NCBI GenBank assembly: GCA_965637545.1
Contig: OZ281497.1
Coordinates: forward strand, 25,110,001 to 25,174,000
Direction of reading: 5' to 3'
Origin: Phallusia mammillata
Taxonomy: Eukaryota
Length of the DNA stretch: 64,000 nucleotides
Below, piece by piece: positions 23,288 through 36,600 of this stretch (position 1 is the first letter of the stretch; each line of letters begins with the position of its first letter). The notes below the pieces were generated by a model, which worked only from the letters and a program-made list of their open reading frames with translations, did no database searches and was not told where the DNA came from. The position numbers and the translations under genes are program-made.

Positions 23288-25269
23288 GCATGTGCCTTGA
23301 TTGTTTATTTGCTGCAGTACATAGACGCGAACGTGGCATTTGCAGTAAAAACTACCCGCTTTCCAGAGGTTGTGTAAAGTCAAATGCATAAACGGCCTCT
23401 TGCAAGCCGTTCCGAATCCAGAAACCTTTTAAAAGGTGTCGCGCCCTGGTACTTGCAGCGACATATCTCTAAAAAACCAGCGTTCGTTTAGGGAACCATC
23501 GTAAAACTATTTATCAAACTACGCGACCCACAAATTAGGACAAGTGCCCGGGCGAGAACAGCTTCACACCGGCCGTGTTGTTACAGAACAGGGGTGTCGT
23601 GGTGTCGAGAGCCCCTTCCACCCGGCTGAACGCCAGAACCGGCTTTAATGTTGGAAAGTTTGTGGATGCTGGTGATGTTGGGAGAGTCGGTGAGCGCCGC
23701 CGACTTGTTTGGATTTCTAAGTGCCGGCGGTGATTAGACGTGCGAAGTCGTAAAAGTGAAAAGTGGCGAAAGGGGGAACGTTTATTCGTAAACACCTTTT
23801 GGGATTTCATAATTGTTTATAAATTTAGGATAGTTTTTCGTAAAACAGTATGAATGATTGGTTGAAGTATATTGTCCATTGATTTAAAAATGACCTTTAA
23901 AAATTGTAAAAATGACCTCAATGATCACAAATAAAACCACCCGAGAGGATTATGTAATAGAAATATATAATTACCACCTTTCTTTATTACTGCAACAGAA
24001 TTGTCCAGTACATACCAGGTTTTTTGGTCATTTAAAAAAATAAATAATTACAACATTTAATTGAAGTCAACTATTTTGGAGCAAAATTCCATTAAAAACT
24101 CAAACCAAGTTTAGTGAAAAACACACTTTAAAACGAATGACTTATCAAGAGGTTCGTATTACGAATCGAGGGAATTTCTGTAAAAGTTTACATAGATCGA
24201 GGGACCCTGGCTCTACTGTACCAGCTCTTCTTGCTGTATAAACTCCCGATTCGGTGGGAGCATTCCGTGTTAAGATTCGCTCTTAAGGAGAAATTATGTT
24301 TTCCTTTCCAATATCACGCCACCAGGCTGATTGAGAATTTTGTCGAAAATTCTAACATTTGTTGATCTGTATTAGCTTGCTAGGTGGTCAAATATAATTA
24401 GATAGACTATTTTTCGTTTTTTCAGGGAGGTTTTATTGTTTTTTGATTTAAAGATTTTGACAGATTAAAAGACAGACATGTTTTCTGTGTTTTTCTCTAT
24501 ATTTTGTAAAGCTCAGTGGCAATTTGTCAAGGAAATCTTGATTTCAGTCTTGTCCTAAAATAAAGCACAGTAAAATAATAATCAGGGCTTTGAAAATTGT
24601 GTATCTTTTTATATTGTAGTTGCTAAATTGATTCTTTTTCTTAATTTAAACTAATGCCTTTTTATAAAGAAACAACACACGCAGGGAATAATATTAAGAA
24701 TTTAACGAATCCGGATAGTTTTAATAACTCGATATCCGACAGGAGATTAAGGTTTTAAGTTGCCTACAAAACTCACACAGTGAAATTTTGTTAAACGGTT
24801 GGAGTTTTTAAAGTTGATTGTGATGTCGTGCGGTGAACCAATTCACTGTTTCGGGCCAAATACCTTTAGTAAGGATATGAAAGTGGCCAATCGCATTTCG
24901 TTAATAAGGAATAGTTTTTGGTTTACAATTTGACCTGAAAAAATGTTGGTGTTTTATGAGTTTAATAGTATATTGGTTTGGTTTCTTGAGGATTTGTATT
25001 ATATTTTTGATAAGTTATAGTTTCTTAGCAATGTGTCATTTTTTAACATTGAAATAATTTCCAATTCATTTAAAAAAAATTTTTTTTAAAGGCGAATTAA
25101 TATGTGCTCGCTTACCATGCACAGCAGCATTGCGAAGAATTGGTTCAAAAACCGGACATATTGTGTTTCATCAAAAATGCATCCAGACCAAAAACCGCGC
25201 ATCAGACCGTACACGCCCCCAAATATGTGTTTTGCATCCAGCAGTTTGAAGGTAAACAACCTTGCCAGA

Positions 25270-25560
25270 CGGCATTGTGACGTAACAAAACAAGAGGGTG
25301 TCGAGAGGGGCGGGGCTGCCCTTGGCTCGGAGCGATTCCACTTATTCAGCTGCACGGCTTGGGAAACGCTTTGAACAAAAGGGGGAGGGTACATTCTGGC
25401 TCAAACCGTTTTGGGTCAGCGGCCGCCCAATCAAGCGAACCATTGTAAGTGACGTTTTGTGTAATGAGACGAGAATGATCACGTCTCACGCTCGTGACGC
25501 ATTGCGCAATGAGTTGAATTCGGACGTTTCCAAACTCGTGATGGGATTAATCACTCATTA
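25270..25560 (+). promoter_or_regulatory. CpG-rich promoter-like segment upstream of FGF8/17/18
   Basis: GC box (GGGCGGGGC), CCAAT and several TGACG/CRE-like sites in a GC-rich patch within AT-rich flanks. Confidence 0.35.
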
Positions 25561-27670
25561 GCCTCGAATATTGTTTTCACGCTCCGTATTTTTCCCTTTT
25601 TGCAACAACACGGCGCTGATTTTTTCCGGAACGTCGAACTTTTGAAATTGGCAAAAAGCGATTTATCGATTTGACCTGATTTCTTAACAAGTCTCTGTTA
25701 CTTTGAAAGTTGCCTTCGGATAATCATATTAAAGTCAAAAGTGTCGGTCAAACTAACCTATGAAAGCAATACAGATTTTTTTCACGTTTCAATTTTTTTG
25801 ACAAATGTTTGCTGGGTTTTCGATTAACTGAAAAAACAAATGTTAATATTTGCCGTCCAAAGGTATAAAGCCAGCAAAATTTTACCTTACAAAAGAAAAT
25901 AAAGGCATTTTAAACAGAACTCTAGATTTAAAAGTACACATGAAAAACATATGTGTTTTTGGTGTAGGATTTAACAAGATTTATAATCATCTACTTCTGG
26001 CAATCTGGCAACTCAGGCTTGTCAAACAAAAAACGTAGATTTTTGCCTTTATTTTCTCCTCGGTCTCACGAATCTATCAACCAACACAATGTATCTTATT
26101 ATCATCGACCACCCGCTGAAATCCAAACATCACCTTATTACTGATGTTTACATTGACCACCGGCGCCACTGGACGTCTCCTGGGACGCTGTTGACCCAAG
26201 ACGAACGCTAAATGCTTTTGTGGCTGTTCTTGAGCTTTGTTTTAGGTACAGCCAAAACGCGTGCGCTGTTTGTGATGTCACAGCGTGTGATGACGTCATT
26301 TTGGTGAATGTTTGTTCACCGTGCTGGCTTCTCACCGATAAGAATTTATTTAACTGACCTTCGTTTGCCCTTGAGTTACTTGAAGGAATCATCTTATGTT
26401 TTTAAAATTCTATTTGAATAAGGTTCCGATAAAACCAATTTACGAAGCGCCATATATTATCATTATAAATAGTTTAAGAATTCGACAAACGAATGGGGAC
26501 ATACACATTTGCAAAAGATTAATATATACATATTTGGTAAAATGTTTAAGTAAAATTTGTTGTTGTAAGAAACGTGGGTTTAATTTAAATCTTATGAAAC
26601 ACAGTTTTTCATCAGTTTTGAGAGATAAGTCTCCACCACAGTGATTCTATTCACTGAGCGGTGCCAAAGAGCTGAATTTTATCGCATTTTATGGTTTATT
26701 TGACACTGCCAATAGATTTTCTCCTTGGTTTGCCAGAAAACAGAGTCAATTTAACCTGGTAATATTTAAAAAAGTTACAATTGTTTCCATTTATCTATAG
26801 TTCGATTTATCAAGGTTGGAAAATGGCAACGGTTTTGCAAAGATTAGTCTCTATTTGAGTTCAAATCTTGTATAATGTGTTTGCACAGACTCATAACTTT
26901 TAGCCTATTTGCGTTGGGCTCCGGGGTCAAATAGGTTTTGTGCTTTTGCCCGTAAAACATCAACTTAACGGCGCAGCCATGTGGGCAAGTTGAAGTAAAT
27001 GCTTTTCGTCATTGATTTGCAACCAGCTAATGTCATCCCACACCCGCCGACTGATTTAATGCATCGGGATGCATTCACTCCAGGGTTTTATGTTAGTAAT
27101 GATTAACTCCTAGCGCACCAAAGTATTGTGTCGGCGAGGTTGGAGCGAAGTTTATGCATGTGCTGGAATGCCGTACACCCCAGTGCTTCGTGAAGTGGTA
27201 CTGTGTTTTTTGATGTCTTGGGTTTGTGATAAACCGTTTAAAACTTACAGTTAGTATTTTGCGCAGGACGTTTCTATAGTCGGCGGCCTAAATCGACGAT
27301 TACCCGATTCAATTATTTGTTTCAATAGTGCTAATAATTTTAGCGTTTCTGTATTAGAACCAGTGAAGATAATATGGTATTGAAAGAGACGGTTTAAAAA
27401 AAATTATTTGTTGAACAAGGTATACGTTCGTAGTCATTTCGGGAAATTGACAAAGTCATGTGTTAGTAATATTCGAACGAAAAACAGCATTTACGGAAGA
27501 AAAAAAGTTTCCTATTAGCCATGTGTTTAGTTTGGAATGTAAATATTGGTTTAATTTGTGTGTGTAACATTTAGTGGTGTTCGAAAAACTCATCGCACAG
27601 ATAAGATAGTTACTTTACCTTAAAATCATATTTGGACCTGTACAGCTTTGGGAGTTACAAATATTCTGTC

Positions 27671-30600
27671 ATGGCGGTAAAATACCGTATTTTCGTTGCG
27701 ATGGTTACGCTATTGTCTATCGTCATTGCCATTGTTATCATATTTCATGACAACGGCACTCAGGTACGCTGGATCCTTATGCGAGAGAAGCACAATATGC
27801 CTTTATCTTCAACTCTCTCTCTCTTCGCTCATCGATCGAGTCACCTTTTTCCCCTTCCCCCTAATTGTATAACAGTGAAGGCGCTGCAAATGAAACCGAG
27901 TGTTAGCTGGCTAGTCGCAAGCGGGCCGTGGTGTCGAGATATCGGATCTACGACATCCGTTCCGCCGCAATTTTGTGACAAATTTGCGGCAAAGCGAGAA
28001 TATTTTGTCGGAGTATTTATAATACATTGATAATTTGTTCACAGATGCTCCGCGCAACGCTGCAACTTTTATAGAGACATTAGTTTTCTGCATTGGGCTT
28101 CCCAGCTTACGATATTGGGATTAAAACGGAATAGTTAGTGTTAGTATATTTTTGATCGTGTGGACTTTTCTGCGGGAATTACTTGTTCAAAACGTCAAAA
28201 AAGAGAATGAACAGCATAAAGCAAAATTTGTTTTCTATCAGAAGTATCATATATATGTAAGTAAACCTTTTAATATTATATCATCTTTTTGCAAAATCTG
28301 ATTTAAAAATTGCTTTTTTTGTAAATATCGTTACCTTTGTATTCAAGATACTTTATTAAGGTACTGTTGATTTGACTTTTTATAGAATACCACAAAATTT
28401 ACTAGTATGTTTTTGAAACGCGCATAATAGAAATCGAAAACCAAACAAAAGTAAATTTGAGTATGATATCTATGTAAGGAATCATGATAAAATCACGTGA
28501 CTTTTGGACATCCGCTCGCACAAGGTTGTTTGAGGTTAAATTGAAAGCGGCGAAAATTTCTCGGAACTAGCGTAAACGATCTGAGCTTAGATTCGGGAAC
28601 ACTCAGCGTTTTAGCCGCTGCAATTATGATTCACAAGATGTGCAGGAATACTGCAATAATCCGGTTTCGGTTTTGCAAAATAAAATCCACTTGGAAAATT
28701 CTAATACTGACCATAGATTAAATGTTCAGTTATAATGGGACCTTAACTTATGTTAAAAACTCGGCAAAATTGTGCTCGCTTTTCGGAAATTTTGAAGACC
28801 ATAAACATTAAGTTAGGCGTCTTATCTTTTCAAGGCGCAAAAACAAAAAGCGAAAGGCTTACACAGAAAATAAATTTGCCGAAGTTTAAAATGCTTCCTT
28901 TGAATGTAATAAAACTCATGTTAATTGGTAATTTACCTGCAGTCGTTTAACTAGTGGACAAAAAATTCATGCAAGTTTGCAGTGCAAAGTTTGCACATGC
29001 AGTAAAAGCTCGTCATATACAAAGCACTGGTGGGCGGTTGTGCAAAGAATCCTAAGCCTCAAATCGTTAATCCGAATTTCTTATTGAAGTTTGCTGATTG
29101 TGACAAGTGAATTTGCGTTGCTGCTGCTGTAATGTGGTAATTGCGTTTGGCAACACTTAACAGGCAAACCGTATTTTTTGCCACAAGAGCTGGATAATTC
29201 AGATTGTGTCTCGCGTATAAAGATTAAACCTTCGGCAAGAGATAGTTTCGGGTTTCTACAAATTCGATTTGACCACCTGGAAGGTTTTAAACATTCCGGG
29301 AAAGTTTTTTTCTATAGGAAGATACTTTTATGTTTCTTAAAAAATATGTATTCGTTCTCTTGGATTAATTTAGATGAAACTGTATTAAAAATAGACGTGA
29401 CGTAAAAGAGAGCTTGCCTGAAACTCTCCCTGGTATTTTTTCTTTTTAATCTAATATCATTTATTCTAAATGATGTTTTTTTAAGTTGTTTTGTTTATTT
29501 TATCACATTATTTTTTTCCACAGATTAAAAACCGCGTTTATCATATTTCTTCTATTTCCGCCAACGTTACAAAAGCGCAGAAGAAAAAGCGTAAGTAAAA
29601 TTTGTATGTCTTAAATTTTGTGTGTATCCCAAAAAATATTTGCCCGCGCTGTTCGCAGAGAATTTGCAGCCCTGTTTAGAAACACAAAACTTTGCCAAGC
29701 CAAACTGTCAAACAGTGTTCACATGTTCACAAGTCCAAAGACACGTGTAGGTAATTTAACGTGGTTCAATAGCAGCCGAAAACAAACAAATTAAACTTGA
29801 TCAAGTCGGTACTGCGATCGTTGGATATGCGACTCTATAACGCGCGTTTGTTTGCCCATAAACAACACAAGTCCCGATAAGCGAATGTGTTTGTGAATAA
29901 GCGGCCCGCCGCCAGTCGTTTACACTCTCACCGTCGGACGCTATCAAAGCTACGAGGTGCTAATTGCTTGTTAACGGGCCGGCGCTGGCATATGGGGACA
30001 CACAATAGAAGCAGCGGATCTCGTTGAGAATAGCAGGTTCGACAGATGCTTTTGAATTGTTGGTTTCTTTGAATCTTGCATTTGATGTTGGCGTTCTAGA
30101 AAAACTGTAATTTCTTTTGAACACTTGGTTGGCAAAAGGGATGATTAAACGATAATTCAGCATGCGTTTTTTACTTCTAAAAGTATGTGCTATAGTACGA
30201 AACTCGTCTTGAACCACGCATGCTTAATATAGGCGATTCAATCTGAATATTAAGGACTGAAGAAGTTATTTTACTTCGGGAAATCGCTAAACTGGTTTCA
30301 TTCTTATGAAACTTTCTTCTGTATCAGCTTTAAAAAGATTTTAATCTCTATGAACGCAGGTTCTATTACGAAATCGCTAAAAGCCGTTTAAGCAATCTTT
30401 AAAACACAAAGTCGCATATAAATACAAGGTAAGGCCTATGAAATTGCTATCCTACGTCGGGTAACATACAGCTGAATACATAAACAGAGCTTAATGGTTG
30501 TGAATTTGGAAATTGTCACCTTGAAATCGCTTATTCCCTAAATTTTGATGCGTTATCTCTTCGCAACAGGATTAAGGCGTCACAAAAAAATGCACTTACT

Positions 30601-33600
30601 GCATGAGTCAATACAAGAAAAAAACCACAAAAGGAACGTTTATTGGAAAATGTCGTTTTCTGGTCACAGGCGCAATACAAATGCGCATTAAGGGCCCGTT
30701 ACAAACGTTAGCGAAATAATTCGACTCTTTTATCGTGCAAAAAAATGCGATCATTTCTGTTTATCACTTACAAAATGCGTGGGTCATAACTTGGCTGGAA
30801 CCAACAAAGATAACGGTTTATCGAGATCTTAGCGAATTTAACTATCTGTTTGTAGATTAAATCTTTGATTTTCGTACCAAATTGAACTTAAGAGGCGATA
30901 TACTAGGTGCCCTTTAGCCTATTTAGATATCGCGGCTAAATATGGGAATAAGTACAATTTTTTGTCCGATGGTCTAAAAGTATACAAAAAAATTCTGGTT
31001 ACACCATGCATAGCTTTAGAAGCTATAACGCAATTGAGCATCAAGACCTAGAACCCAGACCACAATTGTCTCTTAATAAAAACACAACCTTTCAATTCGT
31101 CCCTTTTCCGGCTGACCTGGTATTTTCCTAAGTTTCATTCACAAATATAACAACCCGCGGCCCTTTTGATGAGGAACCTTGTGTCCCGATGTCACTAATT
31201 TTCCTTCCCCAGATGAACATTTACCTTTACGACCAAATGTCACCGCTTAATCGAGTCAATTGCCGGTCCCTGATGGCCAATCATCATCGCTGTCGAAATA
31301 TACAATCACTTTCGTTAACAAGTCGCAATTTTCCGCAATTTGCTTAAAATCGACCCTCGGGGAGACGTAAAAGACTATGCAAGCGTCCTGTTGATTGTGA
31401 TAAACCTGTGCAACGGCGTTTTGATTGATCATGCCGGCGTTATTATGTTTTTATATATCCGGGAACATCAACGCAGTTTTGGCCTTTCGGGAGTGACAAA
31501 TCTGTTCTATGACATAACGTGGTACGCCTTGCAAGTTGTGCATTCTAACTTTTCAACACGATAAAAATCTTTAAATGTGAAACAAAATCAACGCAATGCA
31601 CACAAGTTTGACCCAGTGCTTTAATAGTTTGTGTTTACTGAGTAAGGCTAAGGTATGTTTTTACTCCTATTTATCATTGCCACATACCTCTATATTTACT
31701 CTTTTCTCCTTGGTCGTTAGTAACTGGTATCATTTAGTCAGCAACATCTGCATAAGCCGCAGATAGTTAAGCCCAACGCAAAGCATCCGTTTTTACCACA
31801 AGACACGCTCCTAAGTTCTGCCTGTAGCGAAATGTAACTCCTATAACTGCATCCAAATTGATCTTTAGCTTAACTTCATTAAATATGTCATTATAGTCGA
31901 ATAAAGGTGTATTATGTACCTGGATGGCGAATCTGACGCTTTAAAGCGATGTTTTTGTTGCACACAAAAAATTGCTCTAATCTACAATAATTTGCATACA
32001 GTTTGTTTTGGAAAGCGTATTCAAATCTTATCAAGAAAATGTGTTCGTCCAAGTCATCTTGGCCATAGCACGTGTATTCCGTCGTTTCTTATCATGTGTT
32101 TGTATAGGGTCTTTATGAGCAATAGGTTTAACATAGGCCCAGTCCCTAATGTGCCATAGCAGCCCATACAAACTCGTGGTTTGGCGAAAACACCGCACCT
32201 TGCAGTTACTCGGAATTAATCTTATCAACCCGCCGGCAAATGAACGCCTCCCGTTAACAGCCTATAGTCTATTCGCAATGGTAACCAGTGTGTACCATAA
32301 AATTTGGCGACGTTTTGCCGGGACTTAAAGCTCTAATTGCCGCTGAATTTTATGACACGGCCATTTACACAATCATCAGCCGACCAAGTTTCTACCTGAA
32401 ATCGCTTAATTTTACGTTTTTATGTTTTTTCGTTTGTAGTTTGCGCTTTGAAAAAACAACAACACAACGCTAAGCTGCATTGCAGTTTTAAAGCGTTAAT
32501 CAATCAATCACAGGAAAATCGTTATGTACCGGCGCCGTACGTAATAGCATAATCCCGTTAGCAGACTCTTACAGTTTCCCTTAACATAATATCAAACAAA
32601 AAACAATTTCAGCCACATCAAACGCAGGGCCTGTATGCTTCAAACCAAGGTCTTCAAATTCAGACGTTTGAAAACGCGCCCTATGCCATTTATCACGACC
32701 TAAGCGTTTTGCCCATAATCGAGCGATTTCACTTAGATCGCAAGCCAAAGCAATCACACCCACCGCTTGCTACAATTGCATCTCGTATACGTGACATGAC
32801 ATCGGGTCAATTGCTATCTTCCCTATTTTGCGCTCACGATTTGATGACGTAATCACTTTCAAATCTTGTGTTAGCAAACTTCTAGTGAAGTGTTTACCAA
32901 ACGTTTTGTTTGTCTGAAAATTTTTGCCCTATAGTTTACATAGTTAAGTTTATTATAAGCAATGTTCGCGAACTTTTCATGCACTTATATGAGTCCACAG
33001 ATTGGCGGTCAAGAACTACAATTCTAGTGCAGAATACGTTTTGCAGTGCATTTAACAAACGTCCAGTGATAAATCTTTTGAAACAAAACAAATAATTTTA
33101 AACCTAAAGTTTATTTACTGCAGTAACTTAAAATCCAAGTCATATTTTCCATTCACAAATTCCGTCTCGTGGTTGCAACAAAGCGTAAACTTTTTCTGCT
33201 ACTAAAGCTTGGAACCTAATTGGATCCGATCAACAAACAACTTCTCTGAGCTCGCGGCGTTTCCTTTAATTCCCAATATGACGTCACAAAACGACTCGTT
33301 TTAGGATCGGGGGTTCAACTACACCCATGGGGTCAGCGTGGGGCGTGGAAACCCCTAACAAAGGCTGGGGCTTGCCAATGAAATCCACCCGTGCTCCACA
33401 CGTAAACATGTTTACAACGCTTCCAACTCTGCCTTCCATCATTTTATTTGCGTTTTAATAAATCTTTACTGGCGCAGTAAAGTGTTATTTTAACGGTCAG
33501 GTCAAATTACGTCCGCGCTTTGATGCGTCAAAACGGCGGCCGTGAATTGTGTTGATCGCTACCTGAAGTGACGCATTAATTCGTCGAACAAACGGCTACG

Positions 33601-36600
33601 TTAATTTTGCCCTTTGTCGAGAAATGAAGTGGTTAAGCTAATTCGGGTTGGTATGGCATAAAGCACGCCGAAGTCATAATTGTTTAACCGATTGACGCCA
33701 TATCGTTACTCTGAATTGAAAATTGCGCTTTCCTGCAAAGGTCATTTACTTAAAACTCGTCAAGCGTCTGAGTGACCCAAATTTTCTAACATTTCCCACG
33801 ACAAGTTTCATTAATCCTTTAGACAGAAATCAAGGATTGATAGCGCTTTATACAAACCAGCCTGCGACCTCATACTCGTAACAAATGGCCGTAGATCGAG
33901 CACCATGGGTTTGGTATCAACTTGCACTTGGCACGTTCTAGGATCCCATAAAGATCGTCTCGCCTTCCAAGACTTAAGCAAATAGCGCCCAGGAGCGCGG
34001 AATGCCACTGACACAAACCGATTCCGTCGAAAGGCGATCTCTCTGACATGATCTGCCGTCCCCTACGTTCCCACACTCACTCACAAGGTGCTCAAGACTT
34101 GAGACAAGTTTCAATATCGGTTGTTAATGCCCCCAAACGACTGGTGATTCATTCGGGGTTTATGTCCATTTTAGTCCAGTGCTTTTTGTCTAGTGTCCAG
34201 CCGCGCAGCTACCGTATAGATTTCATTTTAAACAGAAAAAAAAACACTGCAGTAAAATGCAACTGCTCTTAGACCACAGGGTTCGTGCATGTAATTGTAA
34301 ATCCCTTGCAGCCTCTGTACATAGAGACACGAAGTTTTATGGTTTGTAACATCACCTGTATAGCATTGTTCAACTTAATCCCTTGCTCTGTTTGCATGCT
34401 TTCTGCCGAAATGGTAACGTGCACTTTGACAGCAAAATGCGACATGCTGCAAGCGTTTGTTTGAGGGAAGAATTCTCCCCACCCCTGGGAACAATAGACC
34501 CTGATGGGTTTGCGAGACCGCTGTCCCCGGCTCCCCCCTCAGCCAAGTATCTTATATCAGGTGGCGTTCAGTTTTAGGTGGCGTCATTGCGATTGAATGG
34601 CCGTAGTTTGCGATTTTCTGCTGGGAGTCACATATGCGAATAGGTTTTACATATCACCCGATTGTTCTACAATGCACTTTTTGACCTGACTAGGAGATAC
34701 TATGTGAACCTCGTGACTGTTGTTGTTTATTTCGTTTCGTCGCGCCACAATAAGGCCTTGTCGTGCCCTTCGTGGTCGTTTGGGTTCAATTGGAATTTTT
34801 GTGGCCCCAAATCGCTTGATTTTGTGCCATTTTTGTGCAATTTTAAGTTAAATCGGACCCATTGGGTGCATATTTTTGCGACGAGATAAGATTGCAATCT
34901 TGCAAAATCCAAAGACTTTAATACATCATTTTTACCTATTTTGCATGCCAACTTATGTGACATCTAAACGACAGTGTGCAACCAACACAAGTATAGATCT
35001 TAATCAAACACAGGAAAACGAAACTAGAGTAACTTAAAAAGCTTGCAAATGTTGACTTGCAAGGTCACGCAATCAAATTTCCATACAAACGTCTGTCTGA
35101 TATAATGGACATGCACCTGGAGATGGCTTTATGCGATATCGGGGCTGCCATCTGTCTTGATGTCAGTATACGCTTGTTGCATGTGCCAATTATTCCCACT
35201 CCCGCTGTCTGTCTCGCCACTAACTCGTCGTCCCACCGCGGGCAGAAAAACTTCACCGATAAGCCGCCCTCGGTGTTGTATCTCACTCGAAGGAGATGAC
35301 AGATATCAAAACTTTTGCTGAATCTGCAAATTTCCTTACCCACCCCCTTTGTTGCTAACAAGAGATGCACCTGACAAATGATAACGTTCTCGTGATTTTT
35401 TGTGGGGGATTCTTTTGCGATCAATAGCAATTTAAAAACTTTACCAAGATATTTTTTAAACTTTTTTCTCTTGTTTTGCCTATTTAACAAAATTTTATGT
35501 TAAAATTTGCATAAAAGTTTCTAATACGCAATAAAAACGCATACTTTAAAAGTTGGCTAAATTATTTTATCCGTGGTATTAAAAAAATGCAGCAACATGC
35601 ATGAATAAACTCCATGATCACATTTATCTTAATTGAAACATACACCAAACCCTCTTCAACGATTGACATGTGTCATACAATGTTCTTATATTCGCAAGCA
35701 GTTCTCACAAACTATTGCACCAGGGAGTTGGAAAACCTTTAAACATTCACACACGCTTCGTTTATAGTCGGGGTGGCGTCGGGGGCCTTGATGTGTGTGT
35801 GGGGTCATCACGGCCCCTTGTACACGCAAAGGTGGCAACTTGGCGTGTCTTAAACGCGAGTTATAGCAAACGGGCGGTAGCTATTTACGTTCTTGCGACG
35901 CCCACGAGCCTCGCCCTGCCGTGAGCCACATATCCGGCCCTGGCATCGCGGCCTTTTAGTATGGAAACGAGCCCTTGTTCTGCTTTGATCAGCTGATGGC
36001 CGCTGTGGGGTTGTTTAAAGTACACAAGACTTTGCCCGGACGCGTGGTCTCAGCGTTTAGGCGTCAAACGACAGTGTGCCAGTCAAAATAGCGGATTAAT
36101 ATTGGAGATAAACTTCGACGTTATTTTCCTGTGCGCCGTCCTTCAAAGCTCTGTCGTGAGCTGTGTCAAGCCCCCAACGGGATAAATTACTTCCTTTAGG
36201 AACTAGAGCGAGTCGGGGAAAACGATTTTTTGTAAAAAAAGGTGAAACTTGGTGATAAACATTTAGCTTTTAAAGTTCATACATTTGGTTTTGTCTGTTT
36301 TATTTCCAATGAATTAGGTATATTTGAACCACATATTTGGCGCTAAATATTTTAATGAAATGGCGTGTTGACTACAGTCAAATATTCATTTTTTGTACTG
36401 TTTACCTGCCAGCAAGCGTTACCAATTAAAATGTACTCTACTTTCGAAATGTCCTCAGTGTCGGGAAGTGATGTAAATATTCATTGCATTCTCACTGCAT
36501 GCAAGATAAAGGATTTGGCTTTACCATTTTGCTTTACCTGCAGCAGAATGCCTTCTTATAATCGGTCACCTGGAGCCAATGGATTGTTTTTAAAGCCATG

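Noticed and set aside
23535-23810. 91-aa minus-strand ORF in a GC-rich patch
   Set aside because: No recognisable domain or splice partners. It is more likely chance in CpG-rich regulatory DNA.
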